64,000 nucleotides of DNA, taken from Takakia lepidozioides (Eukaryota > Plantae > Bryophyta). A program made the position numbers and the translations under genes. Of this stretch, positions 48,532 to 60,979 are shown piece by piece. Location of the stretch: the NCBI GenBank assembly GCA_030704615.1, contig CM060734.1:52204001-52268000 (forward strand). The letters are read 5' to 3'. Under the pieces are notes generated by a model, which saw nothing but the letters and a program-made list of their open reading frames with translations, searched no databases and was not told the origin of the DNA. How positions within the stretch are numbered: position 1 is the stretch's first letter; every line of letters starts with the position of its first letter.

Positions 48532-50423
48532 ATGGAGAAAATGTGGTCAAAGTACCTTACACCGTGTCAAGGCGCTGAGTGGTGTGTTGTGCTGAGTCAT
48601 GCTCCCTAGTCTTACCTTCTTATGTTGAGCCAAAGCAAAGCAAGAGAGCCAATTGCAGTTTGAGGCTTGTTGTTCATTGGTGTGTCCCAACTTTTATGAG
48701 TCATTTTGAATGCTAATTGCAGAATCGAGCGAGTGTCCTGATATTTCATACCCCCCTAGCGCGCCACATCAAATGGCAGGCTCGACCGGCCTTGTAATCA
48801 CTCCAGTCACTGCATGCGTACAAGGTGGCTCTCTCTCCCCGTGTGTCATGTGGCTGTTATAAATTGTTTTTGTTTCTTTCTCTTTCTTAATCCAGGTTGT
48901 ATTTGGAGTATTTTGATGTGGGTTTCTTGTTGATATAATTTGTTCTTATCTTTCTCTCGCTGACATGCACAATTGTGACTGGAAAATGGGCAATCCCACA
49001 AATTCACGCACTTTTCCTGTGGCGCCCATCGGGTGAGGTCTAGAGAAAAGCAGTACTGTACTGTGAGTGATTGATTATGATTATGGTTGACTGTGGCTCC
49101 ACTCAGAGGTTGCTCTTTCTTCAACACTTCGTTCTTCAAGCTCCACAGGGAGATGATACAAGTCGGGAGCGAAAAACCCACCGCGAATAAAACAGCTAAA
49201 TCAAAGTGATGCACTATTTCGGCGAAGGCTACGACGTCAAATTGCTCGCAGAGAGAGGCGAGAGGCTAAGACCAAGACCATGACCTATGAAAATGGATCA
49301 TGGACAGAAGAGGTATGGTGTCCGTCTTGTCGTGCTCCGGCATCTGTTTCTTGGGTAATTTTCTTTGAGCTCGATCTTGCCACCTTGGTACGGATGTTGG
49401 GATCGTAGGCTTTATTTTAGATGCTAGTCCATCATGGGTTTCTTTCCCAGGTAAGCATCAGTTGAGTACTGATTGGTGAATGGCTGTAGTTACAGAACTT
49501 GAAGCCTGGAAAGCCCGGATTCATATTCGAACCAAATGTAAACTGTCAAAATCTAGTGAACAGTCAGTTATCTGATATTCTCCTTTGTCTGCTACATGCC
49601 CATGGCCTTTCCCTTCTATCCTGCTTGGTATGTTTGCCACTGCTCACTGCAGGAGGATGTAGTGTGATTTCATGTCTCCCAGTCCTTGTGAGGGTACCAG
49701 GTTGCACTTCAACAGTTCTGCCCAATGATCTTGTTTCTCCTTTGATTAGAAGGAGTGCTAACAGATAGCTTGAGTTGCTAGGCCACTCTGTTAGATTTAG
49801 GTGGTGTTGAGTCCAACTCTACATGGGCTGTATGTAGGATACAATTTGCTGTGAACATGCAACTGGTTCACTGGGTGAAGTAGTCAACTGCAACGAGCTG
49901 GGTCCATGGATGGGCCCTTTTGGATAACCAGACCAGTGTGGAAGCCATTCCTGCCAGTTGCAGTATGCATAAGGAACTGGGGAAAAAGACTATCCAAGCT
50001 GACATCCTGAACAGATGTTGTCCCAGCCCCTGTGAGGTAGGAGGCTGGAACAGGGTGGTCAAGAAAATAACCACCCATTGCTTGCCTTTATAAATTTCAC
50101 ATCCCGAGCCTCAAATAGTTCATAAAGGCATCAATTTCACTTCAATATTTCTGAGACAAGGAGCATTAGAGGGCAGAGAGGGTCTGTCAGGGCCTGCCTG
50201 GCCGCCAGCTAACGCCCCCCTGCTGTCCAATGATGGTCAGTGGTTTTTATGGGGAAAGCAAATATTTGTTCTGTTGATTTTTTTTGGCTGATATTGGTAC
50301 CAGGTGATGCTGGCGGCTATCTCAGAGATCAAGGAGGGTGCAGTTTCAATTCGTCAGGCTGCAGACAAGTATAATATACCCCCAACATCCATACGCAATT
50401 GGTTGCATGGGAAATCAAAATAA
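48532..50423 (+). CDS. Small spliced pipsqueak-type HTH (HTH_psq, pogo/CENP-B N-terminus) protein, 50-66 aa; exons 48532-48551 (tentative), 49252-49312, 50304-50423
   Basis: GAG|GTATGG...TACCAG|GTG joins MTYENGSWTEE to VMLAAISEIKEGAVSIRQAADKYNIPPTSIRNWLHGKSK*, matching the psq pattern WTEE.M..AI..I..G.SIR.AA..Y.IP. It may be a pseudogene. Confidence 0.62.
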
Positions 50424-50819
50424 AAAAAGTGGGGGCCACCATGTCAGCTCAAAGATGATTCAAAGGATTCATCAAAAGAGGCCCGAGAGGTTTTCAAAGC
50501 ATTTCAGCTTAGCCTCATCAGAAAGGAATTGCATACAATTTTGTCATAGGTTTTCCCTGGTCTGGCACATTGTCAGACAAACTAAAGGTGTAAGCAAGAA
50601 TAAAAGGAAAAAGATGGGGGTGTGGTATGCATGGAATTGGTCCTCGGAATCCCTCTAACCCTAATTTCTGTTGTGGTTCTCTAGCTGGTAGGATTGTACT
50701 CAGGAGGAAGGTGAGAGCTTTGATCTAGTGGATAGTGTTCTTTAGAGGTTCATTCTGGTAAAATGCGATTTAATCAGGGTGTGCTTTCACACAGCTGGCT
50801 TCATATGGCATATGACAAT

Positions 50820-51050
50820 CTTAATAATGTACCCATAAGACTTTACTTGCCGTAGCCTTGTCGCCATAGACCCCGTGCCCAGTTTGGATGGAAACGTAGG
50901 GAATAGGAACTACTTCACTCCAGTAGTGCGACTTACCTTGGTATAAACAATTAGTTCGGGCTTTCCAGATATCCTCTAGAAAGCCCTTCACACAAGCATC
51001 AATCTGCTGTGTTTGAGCAGCCCAAGAGTTAAGACCCCAACAGGGCCAGG
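50820..51050 (-). pseudogene. LINE 3' fragment
   Basis: Same repeat as 21735-21905 and 22195-22260. Confidence 0.55.
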
Positions 51051-52387
51051 GCATACGACAAGCTTAAGAGAGAGGGAGAGAGGAGTAACCCTCTTTTTCT
51101 TGAATCAAGCACGCCTGGGGCTCCCCTTCAGCTATGTCCATCTTTAGTAGCCTCCACAGTCAAGTTCATTACTCCATATCAGCTTCGGCGGTTGGATACA
51201 TCCATTGCAGTTCCATTACATAATGTAAATGGTTCCGTAGCTGGTCTGATGCTTCCCCATCTTGTAAAAAAGGTGGGTTTAATGGAGGAGATTCTGATGG
51301 AATCAACACTTTAATGGTGTTGGGCATCCTACTTTGGCATATTTTTGTCTTCGTTGTCATGGACAGTTATCAGCACAACTAAGCCAATTTACTGGAGTAA
51401 ATTTGGGATGGCACTTTCTGGAATACAAATGAAATTTGGACGGAAGTGTTTTGAGTTCTACCATTGGACGTTGTGTCTGTTCCAAAGGGGAGTATTCTTG
51501 CATGAGATGTCGCCCCATCAGCTGCAAAAGCAATTGGAAACTGCTGTGTCAGATAGTGTGAGTGGAACAAATTTATTTTCCCTCAAGTTCCATCATTGGC
51601 CAGCTTGGGTACTTCTCTCAGGCAGAGATGCATGGTTTCTGGTGATAGTTCTTGGCTTTCTTGCAGCACCTCTCTACACTTGGTCTCCGTTCAGGGTAGA
51701 AGTGGTGACAAATGCTATCACCCCGCAGCACAGTCTTTGAAGGGCTGAATAGAGATCCTGACCCCTTGATCATCAGCAAGGAGATGTGACCCCTTGGAAG
51801 AGCAAAAGGTGGATCATGGGCACCATATTCCTAGATTTCATGCTAATCAGTGAAGCCTGGTTGAGGCAAGTGCTGAACTCTGAGGTGAGACTCTTGAACT
51901 TGAAAACATTTGGCAATAGAAATCATCCTGTGTTCAAGTACATTTTCAGTGCTTTCAGTGCTTTCAGCTACTCCCCCCTTCAGGTAAATTAGTGGTGTCA
52001 GCTGCAGGAACTAGGATATTAAATGTATGGGGTTGTGGCTGTCAAATCCTGCAGTATTCCAAACTATTCACTCTAGGAAGCCACAACACCAATGGGCTTC
52101 CAGTTACAAGCTGTAACTCCTCGAGGCCTGATCCTGTACATGTATGCCAAGAGGCCAAAGTCAAGTCGCACTATACACTAAATTCCTCCTATGAATGTGA
52201 TGTGTACATCCCTAGTTTTGTCGACAAATCTGTTGTTCTCCCTTGGACTGTACATACCATTTACAGTGATTTACGCAATCGGTAGCCTGACAATTGCGAC
52301 AGAAGGCTGGGGCAAGCAGCTGTGTCAATCTTTCTATTACTGAGATGTCCATGCCAGATGGACAATTGTTGTTGCTGTACCCTGCAG

Positions 52388-55300
52388 CTATGGTCGGATG
52401 TTTGACCCAGGAAGACCTTCCCAGAAGCCATGAAAGCCCATAGGGAAGGCAAATTGTTGAGGAATGCGGAGCCGCGCTTGAAGGGCATCTGGGGTGCCCA
52501 TTTTCTGTGCATCCAGTATGATCAGGTAGCAGGTCTTTTCACCTGCTGCATACTGCAGGTGCATTACCCCAAGATTACAACCAAGTCATTACATCTCCCT
52601 TCCTTGTTATGAACATTGTATGTACTTCCTGTACAAATGCTAGCATGCTATTACTGGTCAGGCACTTTTTCTCAAGGTATGTCACCATCCAGGGTGACAA
52701 TGTCCCTCAGAATTACTATCTATAAATTTGGAGGGCTGAAGTCTCCCTTACTGATGCTGGTGCATGTGTACCCATCAGTATGGATCTCTGTCATGCGGAT
52801 AGTACATAACTGCAGTTGTATTCCAAATTATCCGATCTTATAAGAATTTCTCTGTAACTTCTCAGTAACTTCTCAGTAATCCTAGCCGCAACAATGAATT
52901 CTCTATGAACAAGGGCAGGAATAGAATAGAGGAGCACTCACCTGTACAAATATCACATAACCATCGTCCTCTACAAAGCCAGGGTTGCCCAGGTTCATTC
53001 CATTAGCCCTGGAAACGAACACAGGCTCTCCCACAAAGTTTCTTTTGCCAGCCCACCACGAAAATATGGAAGCGTCAGTGTTAGGCCCACTGACTTTGAC
53101 CATGGTATCAAAGGGGAAGTTCTGCAGTGCTTTCCGTTCACCAGATGCAGCAGGCAGGTATGAATGCTCGTGTCTGGATCCTGCCATCGTGGGATTAATT
53201 GCGGGCAAGTCACAGGCCATGGTAGACAATTTGTCGAAGATTTGGATCTGAGTTTGTGGTTCCACTTTAGAGTCGTCAAATGATGCAGACACCCTGACAA
53301 GGTGGGTTGTGGCTAACTCTCCTGCCTTCGGAGCAACAAGAGGGTCAGTATCGTTCATGTAATGAGGATCTAGCCATTCCTTCTGTGGTTCATACCCTGC
53401 GAACAGTATTAACAAATTGTGCAATCAGTTCCATGTTGATCTGCATCCTAAAAACATGTGAGGGAGTCAGATTGTGAAGGAAGACACTTTCTCTTTGATT
53501 TTCTTAAAGCCCTCACAACCTACTGGTTAATTGATAACAAGTCGAAAATCTCATCCGCAAACCTGAAAGATTGAGATATGGTATAGACAATTTATTTTCT
53601 GTGTTTGTCTGTCTATCCATGCACTTCAGATGTCTCTCTGAGAACTTAAGTAGACCTGGCTTACCAAACATGTCCACATAGGAGAACCATCTGTAGGAGC
53701 ATGCTACACCATCCAGGATCAAGTGTGTGCGCCCAGTTTCATCGATTTCCTCAAATGTGTTCACCACATGAGTCAGCCAAACTTGTTCTGGAATTCGCAA
53801 CGGCACTCGCCAATCACGCTCGATCCCACTTTCTGGAGGTGACCCTCTTGGTAGCAGATAGAGAGGTGTGTAAGGAAGCGATTCATCAACCTTGATGCAT
53901 TTAAGCCAGGGCGCCAACCCTATGGCCGCTTTTGTGAGCCCTGTTTTGCATTGTCATCCAAATATCGAAAACTCTTAGCCATGAACTTTCTATATGAGGA
54001 CCTTACGATGAAGACTGATCACATTCACGTAATAGTTAACTGTCAATATAGTTGGATGCGTAATGATTCCCTCACAGACAGCTTCACATGCATATTAGCA
54101 GCACATCAAATCCTTTATCAACTGCCTTTAGGATTGCTACTTGAAGCGTTTCAGTTGCTCAAACTGACAGTAAATGTAAAGATTCTTCTCAAATCCAGGG
54201 ACAAAATCCAAGATGCCACTACCAGGGCCTGTACCAGGTATATCAACTTTGACACGATTGGCGAGGAGGACATAAAAATTGTCGCTTATGCCCCAGTCAT
54301 GGATGAGTAGCTTCTCATTGATAACAAACTCCTTCTTCTGTCTTAGCTCCATATTTCCATCAAATTCTGTCCCAGCCACACGTAAAATGCACATAAGCCA
54401 TATGTTGGGCCCTGGGTCCAGATGGACGCCACGATGATATTCGTGGTTCCTACGACAATCTAGTGCCTACCCAATTGATGAACTTGCGTCCCTGCATACT
54501 GAACTTGCACGACCTACTCACATCGGAGGATAGCTCATAATGGGATACATCTATCTGCATGGATACAAAGTCTGTCGCATTGGTTCGATGGAACTCACCG
54601 TAGACTCTGAAGGTGGTTCGGGGGAGAATTATATCCGCTGCTAGGCAGGTCATTGCCACCAGACGCTGTCGTTTGGCGTCTATTCTGAAGTGCGAGAGCA
54701 TGCGCTCTTCAGGAGAGTCAAACATTCCTGCACGCAATCCGGACTGTGAGCTCTCCTAATTTCTTCAAGTGCGTACGAAGGAACGGGCAGACTAAAAATT
54801 GGCCGTTCCTTCTAGATACCCATATCTTTTTTTCGCCTCGCGGGGGAAAGGAAGAGATTAGATACCTATTTCCAACTGCATGGACCACGAATCACGTACA
54901 GGTTGTGTTGCATTTCTCCAAAGGCCTTTGTCAGAAGCAATATCTCCGCAACCTCAGCTTCTCGTTTTAGTGAGGCCCCTCTAGAGAACACGTCCCGAAA
55001 TTCATCGACCTTTCTTCTGGAGCTTAGTGTTCTAGACAAAATCTAATTCGACTTGTGTGAAACATGCTCGAGGTCTAGTAAAATCTACATATAGCAAGCT
55101 GTGTACCTGAAAGAATGGGCTGGATAAGCTTTGATGTAAGAGATGTAGCAGCTCGCTTCAAAACGTCCAAAACTGGAACTCGTGCACTCCAAAGGTAGCC
55201 TAGGTTTTCCATCATATTCTTGGAGGGGGGAGCGGGGAACATCTCCCTCTGAAAATTCGGTGCCATGCTGCACAAGTAACAATTTACGTACACATGGTTT

Positions 55301-58300
55301 TCCGGAGTGAGTTCAGTTCAGCACGATCATGGAAAATGACAGTAGATAATTTTAGGTAGACGGTACTGGACTTCCAAGGACCTACTGAATATATACCTCG
55401 AATCAGATAATATTACATACTATCCCGACACTCGTGGATGTATCATCTGATGTAGAGAACAAGCTTTAGAGTTCAAAGGTTACTTGACAACGCCCATCGT
55501 CTTGAGAGACAGAGGGTCTAATTCGTAAGGCTCGCCGCCCTCCCAGAGGCACATCAAACGCCCCGCCCATTGCAGCACGCAAGTGTTGGCCACGTTTTTG
55601 ATCACCTTGTTAACATTCTGCACTGATTCCCTTGACATTCTCAAGAGAGAGAAGCAGCCTCGGTATGTGAAATGCCATGAGTTTGTCTTCTCATCAAACT
55701 CTTCTTGATGCGCCTTTGTGTCTATATATCTGTCGTGGACGCAATAGAACACAACTGAGGTCTTCAGTTAAGCTTCTCCAAAGTACTGAGCTGAATTCAA
55801 TCGTTTCGACCTCTCTAAGAAGTAGAGACATCATATAAAACTGAAGCTCTTTATTATGATTCTCGTTTTCTCTTGCTCTCTCCAGATGCTCTTTGACTTC
55901 GGTCCACGAAGCAAGAACACACAAGATAGACCGGGAGCTGATATGAACGAGAGCCGAAGGTATAACTTAAAGAACATTGATCTCTAGTCGTTGGATGTCC
56001 ATGAGCACTAAACTGTCTGGACAACTTTCTTCCTCGCTGCTCTACTCGTACGTAATTTCTCAATCTTCAAATTGCTTGAACACTTATTGTTCGTAGATCC
56101 GCCCAAGCCTAGTATTAAAGATTCCCAAGTTTGGGCACAGGTCTGTCTTTCAGAATTCCCTCTGCTGGCCCCAAGTTTGCTACTGCAAGCAACGTCAAAT
56201 GAATTCCATGGATTAGCTGACCGGAATTAGTTTCGATGTCAACCGAGTGTTATTCAAATCACAAGATCCGACTAGACAATACATCTATGCACGGAGCATA
56301 GCCATCCCTCATGTATTCATGAGTGGCCTACAACTCTGAGACTGTCCTCTGCTCTACCTTCTCTCTACTTCCGTCACTGTAGAGCAAACAGACAAAAGCC
56401 CACGTGACATTGTCGGCCGTGTCTGCACGTACGTAAATGTAACCGTGGAAATGAGTCCAATGGCGGGCCCCATCACCGCCTTTTTCCACCGTGCTCGAAT
56501 GGCTGCTGTCTGCCAGTGATGACCCTAGCTTCATAATCTATGTTGTTTACAAGTGATTTTGAGATTTACGTTCCCTAATCTTGCATAATAAGTTGTAGGG
56601 TAACCTACGAAATCATCTTATTCAGATGCTTATCTCAACAAGTCAATCAAATCATAACAACTGCAGCTGCATAAAATATGGTCCCTGTACATGTGATTGT
56701 TCGGTATGCAGGAAGAGAGAAATACTAGAAATCTTAGTGCGATCAGGCAGGCACTAAGATTCTAGTATTTCTAGGATCTAAGATCTTTCTCCCCTTTCTT
56801 AAAAATTAAAAATTGAAAAAAAGTTTTGCAAACCCAACGCGTGATTCCAGGGCCCACAGATTCAGTGACTGTTAAGAATGTTTTACTTAGGAACTCAGCC
56901 CAACGGTGAGGGTCCCCGTGTAATATATTTTGGTCGGCCACCTGATCAAACTGTCATCTTCCTATCACTCAAGGTTCTTCATGCCCAACTTTTGGTAGAC
57001 CCGTAATAAAAAGACTGCACCTTACAGTTCTGCTAGTTAACCTCAGAACTTAAATGCTTCTCAGCTTGCTGATACTGGTTCACCACTTAAAACAATGTGT
57101 AAGTCTGCAGATTCAGAGTATATAATCTGAACTGAGTGTGCGTGCACACAAGATGTTTCCATTGAGCTGTCAGATTCATTTGTACAGTCCTGAATGTAAA
57201 ATTTTAGGAGTCTTTATGCTGGGTCGGGCCCTTTTCGACGGATCGAGGAAGATTAAGGTGGAACACTATTGTCAAACATGTTTCATATACCAAGGATATC
57301 TCATGCAGGAACGAAGTGATTAGTAGTCTAGAGCCCATTTAATCACGCAACGTCGCTCTCATAGATCATAGAAGTTCACTCCTCGATTCTAATTCGTGGC
57401 ATAAGCGCCGGATATATCACGGGTTGATGAAAGGCAGAGACATGCTGGGCTCTTTCGTTCACTGCAGATTCATTCCCATTCTGAGGTCCATGAAGTGACC
57501 CTCCGCCACTCTCTCGTTCAATTGATGTTGTTTAAAACGGAGACCTTATGCATCACCATCCAATCAACTATTATCGCTATGTACATACAGGATTCAGTCT
57601 TGTAAGAGGGAAAATGAGGCTTTAAATAATTATCCTGGACATCAAGGAGATTACCTTGCTGAATATTGCACTAGTCCTTCTTTGATCTCGAACTTCCGAA
57701 GATAGCCGTGCCCATCCAGCGGGTGGATGTAAGACCCATGGTCGTCTGAGAACAATCCGGGGCCGCAGAGATAGTAGACGCCGGCAAGGTCTGTAGGCAC
57801 AGAACCTTCAACTGCTGCCAGTTCTAGCGGCTCCACCACCTCAGATCTCTGTGATTGGAATACAAATTGGTAGTCCCAGAACGCATCCAAATCTTCACCA
57901 ATTTCTTCCAGAGTTGTAGCTTCACGGTGTTCTGTTTCCTCGATCAGAATTTGTGGAACTTTTCTTCGGTGCAATAACTGCTGTAACCCTGCATGCACCA
58001 GGATTGCAAAGAACAAGATGATTAAGAGATTGCCGTAATTACTCCCGAGTCCTGAATCATTCTTTAGTTAGAGCTGTGGGTTGGAGCAGAGGATTGTTGC
58101 ACTCGAGTACATATGGTATATATATTAAGTTCTCGTACCTTTTGAAGCAGTACTGACTGTGAGGGCATCAGCAGTTGCTGTAGAGAGCGATACTTCTCGG
58201 GACTTCGGCCGCTCTCTAGTCACCTGGCAAACTGGGCGTCCGAGTTTTTGAGTCTTTGAAGGGGCGGATGCTGGGAGATAAACATTCCGAGTACCAAGTC

Positions 58301-58409
58301 GTAAATATGACGACGATGATCCCCAATTGTTGCAGATTTCAGCTCTACGTGCATGGGATGCTGATATCGGTGTGCAACAATCGCGCAAAATTCTGGAGGA
58401 TGTGTCCAT
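52388..58409 (-). CDS. CCD7: Carotenoid cleavage dioxygenase 7 (MAX3/D17-like), 722 aa, 9 exons: 58409-58139, 57988-57655, 55729-55484, 55267-55107, 54727-54599, 54366-54235, 53940-53665, 53396-52942, 52552-52388
   Basis: All introns are GT-AG and in phase (2169 nt). Motifs DDHGSYIHPLDGHGY, KNVANT, LWEGGEPY and FVGEPVF, His ligands in MLSHF, IHDW, LTHVVN and GFHGFW, and a transit-peptide-like exon 1. Confidence 0.95.
56718..56772. repeat. Near-perfect 22-bp hairpin in CCD7 intron 2
   Basis: AGAAATACTAGAAATCTTAGTGC, 10-nt loop, GCACTAAGATTCTAGTATTTCT. Confidence 0.8.
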
Positions 58410-59418
58410 AGTTTTGGATGGCGCGTCAGGCCTAGCCTCTGGGAAGAGCGACTGAGATCTGGCTAGCTTGTCTGTCTCTCCCAAATAATGAACAGTACAC
58501 TTGGGGAGCTGAACAGCATGCGCTGTAGCTCTAAACTTTCATTGTGCTAGAAGCAAGTGTTTGCCGACCCGTTGCATGCCTCCGATTCGTGAATTTTCAC
58601 TTGAGGAGCCTCCCAACAGTCACTGCTCAAGACAATATAATGGGTTTTGTCAGTTGCCGTCCGAAATGGTCGACAACCGCAGGAAGTCTACTCCTTGAAG
58701 CAAGGAATACACGGTAAAGACTTCTACACAAAAGACGAATTCGCTGTCGGCCAGAGCGACATCGAAGCCCTGAGCCGACATCTAAGAATCAGCGATCCAC
58801 CAAGCTTGCAGTGTTCAGTTTGCGGTAAGTCAGAGAGCTCAATTGTGCAAACACACGTACAAAGACAGAAAAGCAGAGCTGGAGGCGAGGTCAAGGAGCA
58901 CAGGGAAGTGTGTGCGGAGGGAGGAGTGATGTTGAAAGCAAGCTTTTATGCGTTGCGTGTGTGTGGGCCCCGAGAGGCCGTGTCTATGCCAGCAGACCTC
59001 TGGTGTGATCACATCTCTGTGATGAGGCAACCAACCTTCAAACCTAAGTTTTCTAGCTTACCTCCAACTTTTTCATTCATTCATTCATTCACTGGATTTA
59101 TTTGTATCTCAGCTTGGATCAATGGTCCACCGCCAAGGTGGGCCCGAGGGGGGAGGGCCTTCGCTACGTAAAGCCAGAGGGTTTTGTCCCGCAATGGTGG
59201 ATGGTTGAGATCTCTTGAAGATCCAGGTGGATGGCTCAGATCCCTAGAACTAAAATAGAAGAAATGAATTTAGAAAAGAAAAGATGACAGGGCGTAAGAT
59301 CCACTAAGATCCCCCGCCCGAGGGATGTTAAGCCCCGTAAGGGATTTTGCAGAATTGTACGCCTAATGCCACTACCACATTAAGCACTTACACTAGCACA
59401 TTATGAAACAGAATGTGT

Positions 59419-60567
59419 AGGGAATTCCAAAAAGGCCTTGATGTGAAATGCATCGCAATTCACTTGATCACCCCCTAAAAGTGCGCAATTCAATTGAATT
59501 GCAAGGGCAATTCAATTGAACTAACCCTAATTTGCAATTCAATTGAATTGTCGGCACACGATTCAATTGAATTGCGAATTGGCAATTCAATTGAATTGCC
59601 AATTCGCAATTCTATTGAGTCGCTAGTTGGCAATTCAATTGAATTGTAATCTACAATTTTTAACTTATTTTTGTATATAATATATAATATATATGTACAT
59701 GTATATATTCAAATTATATTTATACACATAAGAGTATAAGCTAACAATACATGTTGCCCGTCTATTCTTGCTGGCCCTCTTTCTTGTGCCCTTGAGGAAA
59801 TTGTGGAGTTGTGAAACCACCCTCAGCCTCAACGAGAAAGGGAGAGCCAGAGATGGAGACAAATCAGCAGCTTCCTGTGATTCACTGGCAAAAGAACCAT
59901 GGTTGGCTCCGAAAAAAACAGACAAAATCAAACCTGACAATTGATGAAAGGCTTCCCCTGCATCACCATGTAGTCCCCTAACACTACAGGACAAAGAAAA
60001 CAAAAAATATGTTCATCTTGAGAATTATCAAAAAATTTGATACCCTTACAAAGGTATCATGTTGAAGTTGGGATGTGTGTTCTATATAAGTTTAATATAT
60101 CAAACTCTTACACGTTGATACTCTTACATTGGTATCATGTTTGGTATATGTACATAGCCATATATTGGCACCAACGTCCACAAATAGAGACAATCCCGCT
60201 TTTACAAGCGCTTCGTGATTTCCCCTCTCTCGCTCTCCCTTAGGCTTATCTTGGGCTCAAGCCTCACCACGGGCAAAGGATTGACAGACGGACAGCAAGA
60301 ATAGACGGGCAACATGTATTTTTAGCTTATACCTGTGTATATATATGTATAATTTAAATACATACATATATATATTATATACAGAAATAAGTTAAAAATT
60401 ATAGATTACAATTCAATTGAATTGCCAATTCGCAATTCAATTGAATCGTGTGCCGACAATTCAATTGAATTGCAAATTAGGGTTAGTTCAATTGAATTGC
60501 GCACTTTTAGGGGGGTGATCAAGTGAATTGCGATGCATTTCACATCAAGGCCTTTTTGGAATTCCCT
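59419..60567. mobile_element. Foldback / MULE-like element with about 275-355 bp TIRs
   Basis: AGGGAATTCCAAAAAGGCC...GGCCTTTTTGGAATTCCCT, perfect 9-bp TSD AGAATGTGT (59410-59418 / 60568-60576), and tandem CAATTCAATTGAATTG palindromes in the arms. Confidence 0.92.
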
Positions 60568-60979
60568 AGAATGTGTTTGATTAGGACTGGCAAGCCAACG
60601 AGAGCGTGGCAGACGCAATCCTTTCCGTTATGGAGTGGGCCACAACATGCCATTATGGCAGTTTCAGCGGCAGCTCGCCACCACCTTACCCGCCACAATG
60701 GCATGTTGGGGCCCATTCCATAGTACATATGGTCCTTGCCATGTTGATGCAATATTCCGTCAGATAACCTCCCTGCAACTACAAAGGGAAAAATTGAAAA
60801 AACCCCTCGGGTTTGTGTGGATATGTGCATTCAAAAGATGCGACTTCGAAAGAAAAAGAAAAAGAAAAAAAGAAAAAAAAAAAAAAAACTCAATTGATGA
60901 AAGCCATAACCGTAAGTTCCCGGTAGGTGCACAAGGGAAACAAGCAGTGTTGGTCCGTCGGTGCATGAGTGGAGGAAAC

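Noticed and set aside
51150-52250. Additional coding remnant downstream of CCD7
   Set aside because: Only short broken frames were found and no family could be assigned by eye.
58410-58484. N-terminal extension of CCD7 in the ORF track (MGETDK...)
   Set aside because: It starts at TTG and is frameshifted in the paralogue. ATG 58409 is the shared start.
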